DNA of 59,085 nucleotides, the filler included, from Basidiobolus ranarum (lineage: Eukaryota): assembly GCA_040143965.1 (NCBI GenBank). It is 4 parts of 4 records of this genome, joined end to end, with 100 filler letters (N's around TTAATTAATTAA, not from the genome) between each part and the next. Parts side by side here need not be neighbours in the genome. Positions count along the whole stretch, not along the records: positions 1 to 14,742 come from JASJQH010007289.1; 3 more parts are not named here. The stretch is one strand, 5' to 3'. Shown here piece after piece: positions 1 through 12,384 of the stretch. The notes under the pieces are model-generated. The model ran no database searches, had not been told where the DNA came from, and saw only the letters and a list, made by a program, of their open reading frames with translations. The translations under genes were made by a program, and so were the position numbers. Numbering within the stretch: position 1 is the stretch's first letter; the number at the start of each line of letters is the position of its first letter.

Positions 1-975
1 GGTGCTTATGTTTCCATGTTCAAACGAAGATTCCTCGGTTGAGGATATGGGAATTTGTGTATCGTTTTTGGCTGGTGTGTAGGCATGGTTTACCCTGTTT
101 TGTCTAGAACATCTGTACTCGGTCCAAATAGCATGTAGAGTGGGATCAAAAAGAAAGACAATGCTATCAAGTGTTCCCTGAGATACAATGAGTGAAAAGG
201 TGATGGCACGAAGCCAAAAGGGCATCGCTGTTTTGGAGTAAGAGAAGATCAAGGTAATCATTTTGGAAGAATGCGCTAGAAGCGGAACTAACGGATATAG
301 AGCGATCCGTCTTACTGCGTAGTTGACCATCTTCGCTGTGTACAGTTGTTGTCGCTTAGTTTCTAGGCACTCATCTTGGCTTTGCTTCCGCAGCATAGCA
401 GATTGTTTGATTAGTTTGTAAGTTACCATACTGATAACTATGAGGAGATATATAAACTCTAACACAATCCAAAAGAGCTCGCATGTCCATTCATATATTA
501 GAGTCGATGATGTGCCTACGTTGATATACCAACAAGCGACTCCATCCCTCGCGTCATATCCAAGCTTTCCACCAATGGCTACTGTGCTACTTAGCACAAC
601 TGCTAAGGCTATGGAGCCTCCTATAAAGAGTTTCTCAAACTGTTGGATATTTGATTTCTCTTGCAGAAAAACCACCTGTAGGTTATAGGCGATTGTTACG
701 TTTAAAAAGACAGTCATAAGCTCAAAAGTAAGAGTTCCCCAAGCACTGAAAGTGCACACCCGGCTTGGAGTATAAAGTACATAATCTAAAATATGAAATA
801 GTGCCAGAAATACGTCCACACAGATCAACATAAAGGCTAGGCGAAATGAAACTCGATCTGCATATTTTCGACGAAATTGGAAAATAATTAGAACTGCTAC
901 AACCACAGTTAAGGAACATCCCAAAGAAACAGCTGTCAAATATCTGGTCAACTGCCGCTCGAATTTTTCAGCCAT
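1..975 (-). CDS. 7-transmembrane GPCR-like protein (cAMP-receptor/Git3-like class), 3' end runs off the window
   Basis: Manual translation from ATG at 975 gives 325 stop-free codons (MAEKFERQLTRYLTAVSLGCSLTVVVAVLIIF...DRVSFRL...VCTFSAW...IAYNLQVVF...CWY...RRIALYPLVPL...QGTLDSIVFLFDPTL). Seven hydrophobic segments, with Cys at the top of TM3 and in ECL2. Not in the ORF track because there is no stop inside the window. Confidence 0.85.
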   Translation of the reverse strand, partial: MAEKFERQLTRYLTAVSLGCSLTVVVAVLIIFQFRRKYADRVSFRLAFMLICVDVFLALFHILDYVLYTPSRVCTFSAWGTLTFELMTVFLNVTIAYNLQVVFLQEKSNIQQFEKLFIGGSIALAVVLSSTVAIGGKLGYDARDGVACWYINVGTSSTLIYEWTCELFWIVLEFIYLLIVISMVTYKLIKQSAMLRKQSQDECLETKRQQLYTAKMVNYAVRRIALYPLVPLLAHSSKMITLIFSYSKTAMPFWLRAITFSLIVSQGTLDSIVFLFDPTLHAIWTEYRCSRQNRVNHAYTPAKNDTQIPISSTEESSFEHGNIST

Positions 976-3475
976 GAACCTGACGGGAATCTGGGATTTA
1001 CTGTAATGAATTTGGGGAGGTGTAAAGTAAGAATGGAGACGTGGGATTTGTCTCGTGAGCTTAATTTATAAGAATGCGAAATAAGGCACAGTAAGAATGC
1101 AACGAAATGATGAAATGATTGGCTCTATTTTTATACGTATATTTACTCGTTTTATAAGAAACACCACTTGGCATATTATTGAGATCCATTCAAGACCTTT
1201 GTGACAAATCATTTCTTTTGACCAAACCGTTGGAAAGCCTAACATGGCTACATTGAAGGATGTTGCTGAAATATCAACGAACGAGTAGCTGTATAGCTGG
1301 CCTACTTGTATACATGTCTACAATACCAATTACGACAATTAGACCTGAAAGTTTATTCGTTATATCATAGCTTATGTTATGCGTGGATCGGATTAGAGTT
1401 CAATGATGGCAATTATGTACGCTACCAACAATAATCTAGACTAAAGTCTTTATCAAGAAACATACGCCACATCGATTACTCTGATTTCAAAAATACAAGA
1501 TTATCTATTTGCACCACCAAACTCGTCATATCTGTAATGCACGTCAGAAATCATTTAGCAATTTAAATCAGTTTATTTCAAAAGATGTCTGAGTAGCTAT
1601 TCAGAAAGAGAGACATGGATTAAAGCTCGAACATCTTGGTAAATGATGACTGCTGCAGTCTTTACCAGTATATAGTTTGTTTTTCATTAACGCTTGTCAA
1701 ACAGATAACAGGATGATTATAGTTCACGTCTTTCGAAGGTGAAGATCACGCTGTCATGTGATGACCTACGCTTCTAGTTATTCAATTTTGTTGCATTCTA
1801 TTCAGAACCAACTCATTATGGAATTGACAAATCTAGATTAAGGACAACGTAAGATTACCAATTATATCAAGTCTAGCTTTTCTATAAGACCTAAGGCCTA
1901 TCCTCAACTGGATTTAGGATTTGTTTTCTCCATTCACTATGCAAATGTAGTATTTAATTCAGTTCTGAAATATCCACGGTTTTATTCAACAAGTTGAACA
2001 TTCTAGGTCTATTGACTATTTGGAATATAGCATAGGATGAGTCTAGTACTTTAAATGTAACTCTAGGGTAGTTTGAATATATGATTAATCAGAATACTGC
2101 AATGGCAGCTTCAGAGCTCGTACAATATGTATCCTCTGATGTAACGCCGCCTCTCACGAATCTCTAAAGACTGCTGAAGATTTTATTTTTATCTTATGGA
2201 AGCTACTGTAAGCATATACCCATGGAACTAGTGATGCTATTTGAGCTAGAAAGCTCTTTTGATATCAAGTCTCTACTCATTAGTCTATAATACTTTTTGC
2301 GAGTCGGATGATGTTAAGCCTTATGAAGCTAATGAATGGCGTATATTTCAGTGACATTCTAGCGATGTATTGTGTCAAACGTTGGAATCTTATTTTTTGT
2401 GTACTACCTGATACCAACTCTAAGTTCAATATTATTAAAAAACCTATCAGCATGGACCTATTAACTCTGACTTCTATAGAGTTTCTATCATCTACTGACC
2501 ATGACTTAGATAGGGCGCGACACGCTGGAAGAGTCAGAAAGTAAAGTTCAGCTAAAAATATTGGTGGATTAATCATAGAGTTTTTATTCGTCACATAGCG
2601 AAGTCTCCGACAATGTGCAACGAGCTCGTCAGATTCCAATAAAATCCTATACTATTTAAGATATATATTCGCAAAATAGCAGAAAGGGGTAGGTGTAGTT
2701 AAACGACGATAGGCATTAGAAGACTAATAATTTCATAAGTTTTCCTAATGGGAATTGGCTCATACGAAAATATTTCCATTAATAGCATTAAATCAGCCTG
2801 TCAATATCAAAATAGGACATATACACTGCTGAAAATAAAGAACACAAGATTCAATCGTTCGATATGTACCAATAGAAAGAATTGGTGGATGGTCAGTCCT
2901 ACTCTCGGAGTGCCAAAAAAAATACTGTCAAAAATCACACTATTCGACAACAACAATGCATGTTGGTTTTGCTTGTCTGAGGATTGAAGCGGGGTATTCA
3001 CTGTTAAACAGCAGTTTTAGCATGCCGAACCTATACACCATACTTCCAAGTTGACTTCATTAGAGCGTACAACAGGTTGTTCGATGTAGCGATACAGTTT
3101 ATACGTAATGTCGCGAAAACTGCTCAGCTGAATTGGCAGGAAATCAAAATTTTGTGATAAGATCAAGTAATGCCAGTTGGACGATATTCTAGATTCCAAT
3201 AAAAAATGGCGAACGTACAATCCTATTGTGGTCAAGTGCATCAGCAGATATTAAAAATGGTAGATGCTATCAGAATAGAAGGCCCGGAGAGCTATGGCAT
3301 CGTTACCGGTTAGCCGAAAAAATGCTATATAAAAGGATGCTCATCCTTAAGTTTTATCGAAGGATCATAGTTGGGTCTCTGCTGTGTTGACTCCACATAG
3401 CATATCTTCTACCTCGAAAATTTCTATTCTTTCTGGTCAGTTTGTATCTCTTACTTTTTCAGAACTATAATTATC

Positions 3476-5113
3476 ATGCCCAAAAAGAACATCAGCTCTA
3501 GTTATAGCAGCGATGAACATCAACAAGAGAAAGGCACTGGAGACTCCCTAGGTCACGAAGATATCAGCAAATTGAGAAGAGTTGCGGATAAAATTCCTAC
3601 TTCCGCCTGGCTTATTATTGTAAACGAGTTCTGTGAACGATTTGCATACTATGGGGGTTCTGCACCTTTTACCAACTATGTCCAGTTTCCAGCCGGGAAT
3701 CCTGACCAAGCTGGTGCTCTTGACAAGGGTCAAGCCACTTCCACCGCCTTGAAGCAGTTCTTCACTTTTTTCTGTTATTTTACGCCATTACTTGGTGCTG
3801 TTATCTCTGATCAATATCTAGGTAAATTCAAAACGATCCTGATTTTTTCTGCCATCTATATGTTTGGATGGCTGATTCTGACTCTGACATCTATTCCCCC
3901 TGCTCTTTCCGCTGGTGCTGGTTACCCTGGGTATATTATATCTCTAATTGTCATCGGCCTCGGTACAGGTGGGATAAAACCACTAGTTTCGCCTATGGCT
4001 GCTGATCAGTATACTCAAAAAGAACTCCAGATTCGTGTTATCAAAGGAGAGCGCGTTGTCGTTGACCCTTCACTAAATACTCAACATTTATACAATTGGT
4101 TTTATTGGTCTATTAACGTTGGTTCTCTAGTCGGGGGAGTTGTTACCCCTCAACTTGAAAAATACGTTGGCTTCTGGGTTGCCTACGCAGTTCCTACATT
4201 TATGTTTGCTTTAGCTATTGCCGTTTTTTACTATGGTCGTCATCGCTATGTCAAGATCCCTCCTAGTGGGGAATCCACTTTGCTGAAGGCCATTAAATGC
4301 TTCAGATATAGCCATAAACGCTATTCAAATTCTCCAATTAAGCCTAAAGCTATTCTTGATGCAGGGCTCTCCTCATATAAGGGTGCACCCCCAGAGACTG
4401 ACGAGGAGCTTGCTACCAAGACATGGGACGATGAGTTTATAAAAGATCTGAAGCAGTGCCTTATGGCATGTACAATCTACATCCCCATCACTATCTACCA
4501 AGTATCGTACACTCAAATTACATCGAATTTGATATCCCAAGCAGCTACTATGGAACTTCCGAAAGGTATTCCCAACGATATTATCAGCAACATCGATCCT
4601 ATTGCCTTGATTATTTTGATACCCATTATGGATACAGTTGTGTATCCTTTCCTTCGTCGTGTGAGAATGAACCCTCGTCCAATGGTCCGCATTACATTGG
4701 GGTTCTTTTTTGGGGCACTAGCAATGATGTCCTCTGCATTGGTACAAAATGAAATCTACAAACAAAGAGACAATAGTATGGCCAAGGTATGTGTCTGGTG
4801 GCAGATCCCTGCCTACCTTCTTATTGCTATATCAGAAATCTTTGCCACTATCACATCTATCGAGTACTCTTATACCCATGCTCCGGACTCACTCAAGGGC
4901 CTTGTTTCTGCTTTCGCGCTACTACCTAACGCCTTCGCTGCTCTGATCGGCATATTTCTCTCTCCTGTGTCCAAAGATCCATACCTTACCTGGAATTATG
5001 CGTCCATATCTATTGTTTGTTTCGTGGTCGGCGTTGTTTTCTGGATTGTATTCAGACACTACGATGATGTTGACGACAACTTAAGACAAGAGCGCATGGA
5101 AGAAGTAACATAG
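3476..5113 (+). CDS. PTR2: POT/PTR-family proton-dependent oligopeptide transporter
   Basis: Intronless 545-aa ORF with EFCERFAYYG (ExxERFxYYG), GTGGIKP and FYWSINVGSL motifs and about 12 TM segments. Confidence 0.95.
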   Translation: MPKKNISSSYSSDEHQQEKGTGDSLGHEDISKLRRVADKIPTSAWLIIVNEFCERFAYYGGSAPFTNYVQFPAGNPDQAGALDKGQATSTALKQFFTFFCYFTPLLGAVISDQYLGKFKTILIFSAIYMFGWLILTLTSIPPALSAGAGYPGYIISLIVIGLGTGGIKPLVSPMAADQYTQKELQIRVIKGERVVVDPSLNTQHLYNWFYWSINVGSLVGGVVTPQLEKYVGFWVAYAVPTFMFALAIAVFYYGRHRYVKIPPSGESTLLKAIKCFRYSHKRYSNSPIKPKAILDAGLSSYKGAPPETDEELATKTWDDEFIKDLKQCLMACTIYIPITIYQVSYTQITSNLISQAATMELPKGIPNDIISNIDPIALIILIPIMDTVVYPFLRRVRMNPRPMVRITLGFFFGALAMMSSALVQNEIYKQRDNSMAKVCVWWQIPAYLLIAISEIFATITSIEYSYTHAPDSLKGLVSAFALLPNAFAALIGIFLSPVSKDPYLTWNYASISIVCFVVGVVFWIVFRHYDDVDDNLRQERMEEVT

Positions 5114-6200
5114 AGCCATATTAGATCAATCACTTCCATATTCACATCAGCTCTGGAAAACTGTTTCCATTCCATACTTGACATTACTTTAGAGTATTTT
5201 ATGTAGTATAGAGGAGATATTTAAAGGGGTTGTTTATGTACTATCAGCATGTCTTCAATTCATTTTGTGTCACCATCATTTCTCATCATTATATATTCCT
5301 TCATTTATCTGTAGCTGCTTAACCAACGATCATAAACAACTTCGTTAATTTGGATATACGACTTCTTACCAAATTTACAGTGATACTAATTATAGAGATT
5401 TCAGCGATGCACAGTGTCCACTTGCAGGTCGACTTCATTTTCACCGCTCGTACGTAAATCAGATAGTCGATAAGCTCATCGTCGATACGTTATATGCCGG
5501 AGTTGTAAGTTTCGAAATTATAAACTGCAACTGCTTCAACTTCACACCATTTGCATTAACACTCTGAGGTATGCGATGCTTAACTACATCGTATTCATTA
5601 GCAGAGACTGTCTATGACACTAAGATTCATTACGACAAATACTGGTTTCATCTCACAAATGTTTGCTTTAAACGTGTACTGCATACTCTGAACAATTTTA
5701 AGATAGAGACGAGCAGTACTTAAGAATCAATAGATTCTAGTTCATTCCCCATGACTAAACAGCTGTTACAGTCCTCTTTGACTGTGAATTGGATCTGCTA
5801 TATTACTTATGTTTCAGCTATCTTTATCGTAAGTAATGACGAAGTTTCATTCACCCCGTTATGGAGGGTAGCTAGGAACTACGATTCTGAGTTTCTGAAT
5901 ATATTGAAAATCATATTTCAAATGGAGTACATATTCCAGGATATCCAGATTGATTTGAAACGATGTATCGATAGCTCTCCAAGTATCGGGGAATTCGATA
6001 TCCCATCAAATAAAACTGATGGGCCTAGCCAATATATACACCACCTTTGGTTGTATATTTTACTCCAGGAGTGATCGTTGGTTACTCGCTGCGTACTACT
6101 TCTTCCTGTTCTCTTCCTCTCATATCACTACAACTCAGTAAAGTATTGCAGGCTTGGTCACCGGAACTAAACAACTAAAGCAACTTTGTAAGAGTAGGTG

Positions 6201-8620
6201 ATGAAACTAGGGAAATTTTTTTTCGCTTGGGGGATGACGGTAGTAAGTTGGAGCTACATCTCGGTTTCTGGCCAAGAATCAATGGACTTCAACCTTGACG
6301 TGCCAATGGGCGCACTGCAAGATTTGTCGACATTGGCGAGAGTACCTACCGAAGTAGTGGCGGGATCTGAGAATCAATTGGATGAGGATTTAGAAGATGA
6401 GGTGGAGGTGACGGTTAAAAGTTGTGACTCGCCTATTTACTGCCCTGGACCTTTTCTTGACAGAATTCAACGAGCGAAGTTATTTGAGGATTCAAAGACG
6501 TTTGTTGATCGGGTAATTATTTCACCATGTATCTCATCGGCTTGATTGCCTCTAATACTGCATCAACTCTGTAGGGTACTAAACGTCCAGTCAATGAAGT
6601 ACTTACAGCCTTTTACAAATTGCCCAGAAACGCAACTCGCGCAACTTTGAAGAAATTTGTGGCAGATTACTTCATGGATAATGAGAGTGATTTATTGAAA
6701 ACCGAACTTCCTGACTTTAACCCGAACCCGCCATTCCTTCAGCAAGTAAAAGATCGCTATCTCAAAGGATTTGCTTCTTATATTCATTCCTTTTGGAAAA
6801 CTCTTACGCGGACCATGGCTCAAGATCTACCATGTGAAGGCTGTGCGTCCTCTCTAATTCGAATCCAGAGACCTTTTATTATTCCTGGAGGTAGATTCAA
6901 AGAGATTTATTACTGGTAAGTGATTGAAACTATTGAATTACAACCAACGTTTATAGTGACTAATTTGTGTAATTTGGCTGTTGTTGTGGGATCATAGGGT
7001 AATTGCTAGTTGTATGAAGATGCGTTGAAAACCAGAGAAGTAGATCGCACTAACCTTTATTCTCTCAATATCTAGGATACGTACTTTGTGCTGGAGGGAT
7101 TATTGCTTGGAGACTTAACCACGATATCCAAGGATATGATTCTCAACTTCTTGGATATTGTAGATGAATACGGATTTATGCGTAAGATCATCCTTATTCC
7201 CCTAGCTGATGAGAAAAGCTAATTGTTTTTTGTATAGCTAACGGAGCTCGTGTTTACTATCTTAATCGGTCACAACCTCCATTGTTGACTCAAATGGTGA
7301 AAATCTATATGGATAAAACGAAGGATATTGAGCTGTTAAAGCGTGCTCTTCCTACTTTGGATAAGGAATATAACTACTGGAGATCTAAGCACACAGTACA
7401 AATCCACGATCGCGAAGGTAAGCTCCATGAGCTAACAAGATACAATGTAGACAACAAGTATCCTCGCCCTGAATCCTATCACGAGGATATCATTACGGTA
7501 GAGTATTCTGGATTCAATGTGTCTAAACAAAGGGAATTGTACGCAGACATAGCCACTGGTGCCGAAACAGGTAACGTTGAATGAATCCAAAGAAATGTTG
7601 TTCAGATGAGTTGTAATTTACAACGTCAAAATAATTAGGCTGGGACTATAGTACGCGTTTCGTAACACTGATACCGAAGGGAGACGAAGCGCCCGAAGAG
7701 ATTATTCGTACTCTAAACACGAGAATGATCGTACCAGTAGACCTTAACTCAATCATGCAAATGAATGAACAAGTTTTAGCTGACTTCCATGGAACTGTGA
7801 AGAACAGTGCTACCAACGCGAAACTTCGAGGATTTTACCAAGAAGCTGCCCAAAAACGTCGTCGATCAATTATCGATCTTCTATGGGATGAGAAGGACCG
7901 AGTGTTTTACGACTATAATCTTACCAGTCATGCAATTGAAAAAACCCTCACCCCAGCCAACTATTGGCCTTTCTGGTAACTTGGTCTATTGATTTAACTA
8001 TTTTGTGTTAGAGACTAAATCGTAGATATAAATGCAGGGCTGGTATTTTCCCTGATGACTTCTTTAAAAGACCTGCAGACATCATGAAGACTTTTGAGGC
8101 AATCGAGGATTATGCCGAAGAATATCCAGGTGGAATTCCGATTACTATGACTGCTAGTACACTGCAATGGGATTTCCCCAACTCCTGGGTATTATCATTC
8201 TATTTTTATTTTTAGGATATATCTAACCGTGTTTGTTCATCATCAAAACAGCCACCACTGGTGTTCGTTGTCATGAAGGCCATTACTGAAGTGGAAAATC
8301 GCATTGTGTTTAAGCAGCTTCGAGATAGATTACATCAATTAGCCCTAGCAATCGCTCAGGTTCTCATCAACTCCACCTATTGTGGATGGCGATTGACAGG
8401 TGGAGAAATCCCAGGAATATTGACCAAGTTAAAAAATGTGACTGATAGTGGTAAGATGTTCGAAAAATATGATGCAACTAGGCCCGGTCGCCCTGGTGGC
8501 GGTGGTGAGTATACCGTGCAAGACGGTTTCGGTTGGACTAACGGAGTTACTTTATGGGCGTTGAATCAATTCGGAAATGAGCTTGAAGCACCGCAGGATT
8601 GTATTAAGATCTCTGCATAA
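6201..8620 (+). CDS. Secreted alpha,alpha-trehalase, GH37 (multi-exon)
   Basis: Hydrophobic N-terminus from ATG 6201. Exons encode [51 protein letters not shown] and [14 protein letters not shown], separated by GT-AG introns. Confidence 0.93.
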
Positions 8621-10210
8621 TCCCAATATGTGCACGAAATCGATCGGGATGGATGCTAGGTACTGCCGCAGTAGAGAATCTCAGTAATCTAGTAAACTCA
8701 GATTTTGGAATAGACTGATCTACTCCCTTTCAAGAACTTTTTAAAGGATACCTGGTTAGTTTGAGTCCATCCAACTAAAACACCCTGGCATGTAGGGTCA
8801 AGTTACTCCATTATATAGTTCAATAAAATGAAGACAGTGAGTCGAAAGAAAAGATGTAGTTTTCAGCTTTATTACTTGAGTTCCATTCATGACACCTTCA
8901 AGCAGAGGTCAACCTCTGATCCATGGTGAGAGGGGTATTCATTGGCTCTGAGATGGGAGCAGCATAGCTCATCAGCCTAGTTCAAAAGCCTGGACTAGAG
9001 TCTGTATCTATTGCGTATTGTATCTCTACCAACTGCTTAAGCTAACCACCCCAGATAACTCACTTCCCCTCTCCGGTGATGGTAAACCTCACTACACCTT
9101 TTGCATTACAAGCTTGGGAAAAGTTTGCCAAGTTGTAGACTGCACAGTGCCAAAATCGCCTATCGTCAGTAACTGATGAGTTGGTGATGAGCATGTGAGA
9201 GAAACCTGATCATAAAATACACACGCATGGGATTTGTTGTGACGACTTTCGTAACAATGAGTGCTCACTTGTGGCTAACACTGGTATAATCCAGCTTTAT
9301 TTCGGGTTTGGAGCCTCATGATGTATTCAGAGTGGCTTAGTCCCAGGGCTTGATAAGTATTCCCAGCAATAAGGTGACAAAGTTCTCTGGTGCCACAACT
9401 GCAGTGAGCAAGTGTTCTGCTTGCAGACTTAACGGGTACGCACTAATTAAATCCAGTGTTAATTTGATCCATCTCCAGGTGAATCAATTATTTCTATTAA
9501 TAAATGAATGGAAATGAACAATGACTGCTGGTTGGTTGTTGTCACAAAAAGAAACTGATCAGCTGACAGCAAATGTGATTTGAATTATCTTGATTTCCCA
9601 GTTTGATCTTGACGAAATACTGAATCAATATGCCTGAGATGAAAGTTCCAGATAATCTAAAAGAGCATGATTGAGTGTAATCATACTTCCAATGATTACT
9701 TGCAGGTGACATTCGATTTTATAAAAACAGAAATCGAATGATAGAATCTTGCGCTCTATTTGTCGTCCAGCAGAATTCAACAGAATACACACCTACAGCG
9801 CATACCGATAATATTGCATTCCTGAAGAATTAGCTTGATCTGTTTTGTGTTTCATCCGCAATTTTTCAACTCGCAGCCCAGTGACTTGATAGATGCTCAT
9901 CACCCGTTTTTATCCGTCTTTACGCTGGTCATAGCCACTTTTATCCAATACAAATCTCAATCCTTTTATTCTAACTTAATAAATTGCAACCAGACTTAAA
10001 CTAAGCCCCGATGTTTTTTACTTTCAACCCTCTACCTCTTCACTCTGTCTAATATCTTCCTTGTTGAATTTACTTTAGTTACTTTCAACTTTAATCTCAA
10101 GTTATCTAACTTAATTTACAAAGTCAAAGAGCGTGCTCGAAACTGACATAGTAAATCTTTTGTTGGCTTCTTAAATTATATAATCCCCTTTCAAAACTAC
10201 CAGTTCGGCC

Positions 10211-11520
10211 ATGGCTAGCACAGTTAAGCTAACCAGTATTGTGAGAAATCAAGCTCGCAACCTTGGTATTGTCTCTAGCAATGGTGTGCCTCTCAGAATC
10301 TCTAGGGTTGTAACATCAACACATGCCCCTTGTTTACCAAAAACTCCCCATACTATTTCTCGTGCCTCTGTCTTCTCTATTGCTCCTCGTTTACGCCATT
10401 ATCCTCAAGCATATGAAGTAGCTGAAGATCGCGTTCTTCCTATGCACTCAATTTCACGAAACTTCCTTCTTGACCACACTGAACCTTGGTCTGATAGTAA
10501 AGAAACCTTGTTTGGTCTTTGTGATAAATCTACTCCCGTGAACAGGCAACCTTTTACTTTTACTCATGGAGCTTCTGGAATACCCAAAAATCCGACCGCC
10601 TCTATGACAGATGATGTATCCTATTATAGCATAGGATGTGGTGAAGATTCTTACTTTAGAAGACATGATGCTATGGGTGTTGCTGATGGAGTTGGGGGAT
10701 GGAAGGGAAAAAAAGGTACAGTTATTATTTAGACTTTCAACCTAATTATCAATTATTAATCGTCCCATATTTAAATAGGTGCCAACCCGGCCCTCTTTTC
10801 CCGAAAACTAATGCATTATGCATGCCTAGAACTCGAAAAATATGATGGTATTGAGGATGAACTCTTTCACAATTACTATGATGTTAGTCCCACCAAAATA
10901 TTGGAAAAAAGTTATGAATTGTTAAACAGAGATGTAGCCAAGGAGGTAAGAAAATTGATTGGCCGGTTAGTGAATGAATGAATTTTTCTAACACAACTCG
11001 TGTTTAGGGAATTCTCGGTTCTAGTACAGCATGTATAGTTGTATTACGAGACGACGAATTACGTATTGCTAACTTGGGTGATTGTGGAGTATCTGTGATC
11101 CGTCAAGGAGATTTCGTCTTTCGTACTGAGGAGCAACAACATTGCTTCAACTACCCTTATCAATTAGGAACTGGTTCATTAGACAAACCATCAGACGCCC
11201 AAGCCTTTACCGTGAAGGTGCAGAAAGGAGATATTGTGATATTAGGAAGTGACGGAATCTATGATAACCTTTCTGATGAAGATATCCTCGATATTGTATT
11301 ACGTAGTGCTTCAGGCTCACTTATGAATGTTAATCCACAAAAAGTCAGCGATGCACTTGCGAAGCAGGCTAAAATTGTTAGCGAGGATTCTACTTTCCCT
11401 AGCCCATTCCAAGATAGGGCTATGCAAGAGGGCTTCTATTATCAAGGCGGCAAAATTGATGATATCAGTGTGCTAGTTGCTTTAGTAGTCGATGTTGAAG
11501 AGTCTATCGAAGAGCTATAG
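10211..11520 (+). CDS. PTC7: PP2C-family protein phosphatase, PTC7 type (probable mitochondrial presequence)
   Basis: Exons about 10211-10715, 10779-10945, 11008-11520. Motifs GEDSYF, GVADGVGGW, GSSTAC, ANLGDCG, QQHCFNYPYQLG, SDGIYDN, GGKIDDISV. Arg/Ser-rich N-terminus. Confidence 0.92.
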
Positions 11521-12384
11521 TAGTCTCAAGGTCCTTACTTTGATCGCCAATAACATTTCACCATAAATTAGCGTAATCTTGTTTCGGTTACTTCGAGCAA
11601 AGTGTCAATGGCCATCTTTGACGTTAGTTCTCAAATCAAAACTCGAAAAATCGGCTAGTATAAGATCTTCGTAGAGGTTTTTGACATCATAACTCCTCCC
11701 CCGTCTCTCATACCTTTGTAAATATGTATACAAGTATCATTTAGGCTCTACCACCTGCCACGAGTAGATATGTTCGTGATTCTCTGTGTTTTTCCATATA
11801 TCAGCTAATCTATCACAACTTGTGTATTTCGAGATAACCATTGTTTTTGATCTGTACCTTTAAGCCCTCCAGCATTGATGGAACTTGAACTCTTTTGTTC
11901 GTAACTGATTTATGGCCGACATTTAATCCTTTATGAACTTCATGTTATCCAAATATAGGTTCAATGCAAAGGGTATTATCTTTCTCGTTTCTATTGTTCA
12001 GTAATACAAGCAACAGTTATCTTCTTAACAAAGATGTAATTTTGATAGTTTGATAGCCACAACCCAGTTCGTGCGAATCTCATCATTGTCATTAAAAAAA
12101 ATACTCCAGTATTTAGTATCCCCATTCATATCTAACTTCAAACTAGGATTTTTGTAGTATGAATAAAGAGCGATCATACATATGATTTAGGTGCGGTTAA
12201 AATGAATGCTCATGTATATTAGCGTAGAGATAGTGACCTATTTCTTAAACTCAATGCCGCAGCAATCAAAGTTGGCTAGCCTCGTTTCGAAGTCACATAT
12301 AAATAACAACCATCTATTTGTTTATTGAATCAAAATAGCCTCAATTCATCGTCTTGAATGTGTTGACAAAATTAGACACTAATT

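Noticed and set aside
2280-3241. Short ORFs upstream of PTR2
   Set aside because: No motifs, alternative starts, overlapping on both strands; cannot be supported as genes or transposon remnants.
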